From Ranitomeya imitator (taxonomy: Eukaryota), in the NCBI RefSeq assembly GCF_032444005.1, contig NC_091289.1, positions 172,808,744-172,858,000 on the forward strand: a stretch of DNA of 49,257 bases. Direction: 5' to 3'. Both the position numbers and the translations under genes were made by a program. Positions within the stretch are counted from its first letter, which is position 1. Each line of letters begins with the position of its first letter. The notes below the pieces were generated by a model that had not been told where the DNA came from, made no database searches, and worked only from the letters and a program-made list of their open reading frames with translations. Of this stretch, positions 49,001 through 49,257 are shown piece by piece.

Positions 49001-49257
49001 GTCTGGTGGCTCTATGTTGTGCTGTGCATGGTTTGGTGGTACTGGTAGTGTGGTGCCCTGTGCAGGGTCTGGTGGCTCTATGTTGTGCTGTGCATGGTTT
49101 GGTAGCTCTGTGGTGACCTCTTCAGTGTCTGGTGACACTATGGTGTGCTGTGCATGGTTTTGTGGTAGTGTGGTGTCCTGTGCAGGGTCTGGTGGCTCTA
49201 TGGTGTGCTGTGCATGGTTTGGTGGTAGTGTGGTGTCCTGTGCAGGGTCTGGTGACA
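46081..49257. repeat. 60-bp minisatellite, ~50+ copies, running off the window end (txndc12 intron 1)
   Basis: Unit GTGCCCTGTGCAGGGTCTGGTGACACTATGGTGTGCTGTGCATGGTTTGGTGGTAGTGTG; 27-bp partial units and one 6-bp insertion. Confidence 0.97.

Overview
Vertebrate genomic DNA; the repeat landscape suggests an anuran amphibian (inference). Two host genes are supported. The first is a complete minus-strand btf3l4: non-coding exon 1 at ~40.8 kb and five coding exons at 33360-25261, giving 158 aa with all GT-AG junctions in phase. The second, divergent on the plus strand, is the probable signal-peptide exon 1 of txndc12 (45957-46059). A GC-rich minus-strand first exon at ~11.4-11.7 kb probably belongs to the next gene; zfyve9 is expected from mammalian synteny as I recall it, but it cannot be shown from this window. 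The rest is transposons and tandem repeats: a near-intact 2511-bp piggyBac (TTAA TSD, two frameshifts), a recombinase-less DIRS element, two Tc1 remnants, solo LTRs, an L2 LINE with tRNA-SINEs sharing its tail, many TWA-flanked (Harbinger-type) and TTAA-flanked (Kolobok/T2-type) MITEs, and six large tandem arrays. Most long ORFs in the track are repeat artefacts. Best leads: (i) the txndc12 signal peptide reads in frame into an ~810-codon Cys-rich minisatellite if its first donor is skipped; (ii) a 48-bp array in btf3l4 intron 2 carries a sense 5' and 3' splice site in every unit; (iii) the piggyBac has exon-trap-like splice architecture; (iv) both the 11.5-kb exon and txndc12 exon 1 are tightly sandwiched between tandem arrays. 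No database search was possible; family names come from recalled motifs. Repeat boundaries are approximate unless a TSD is given.
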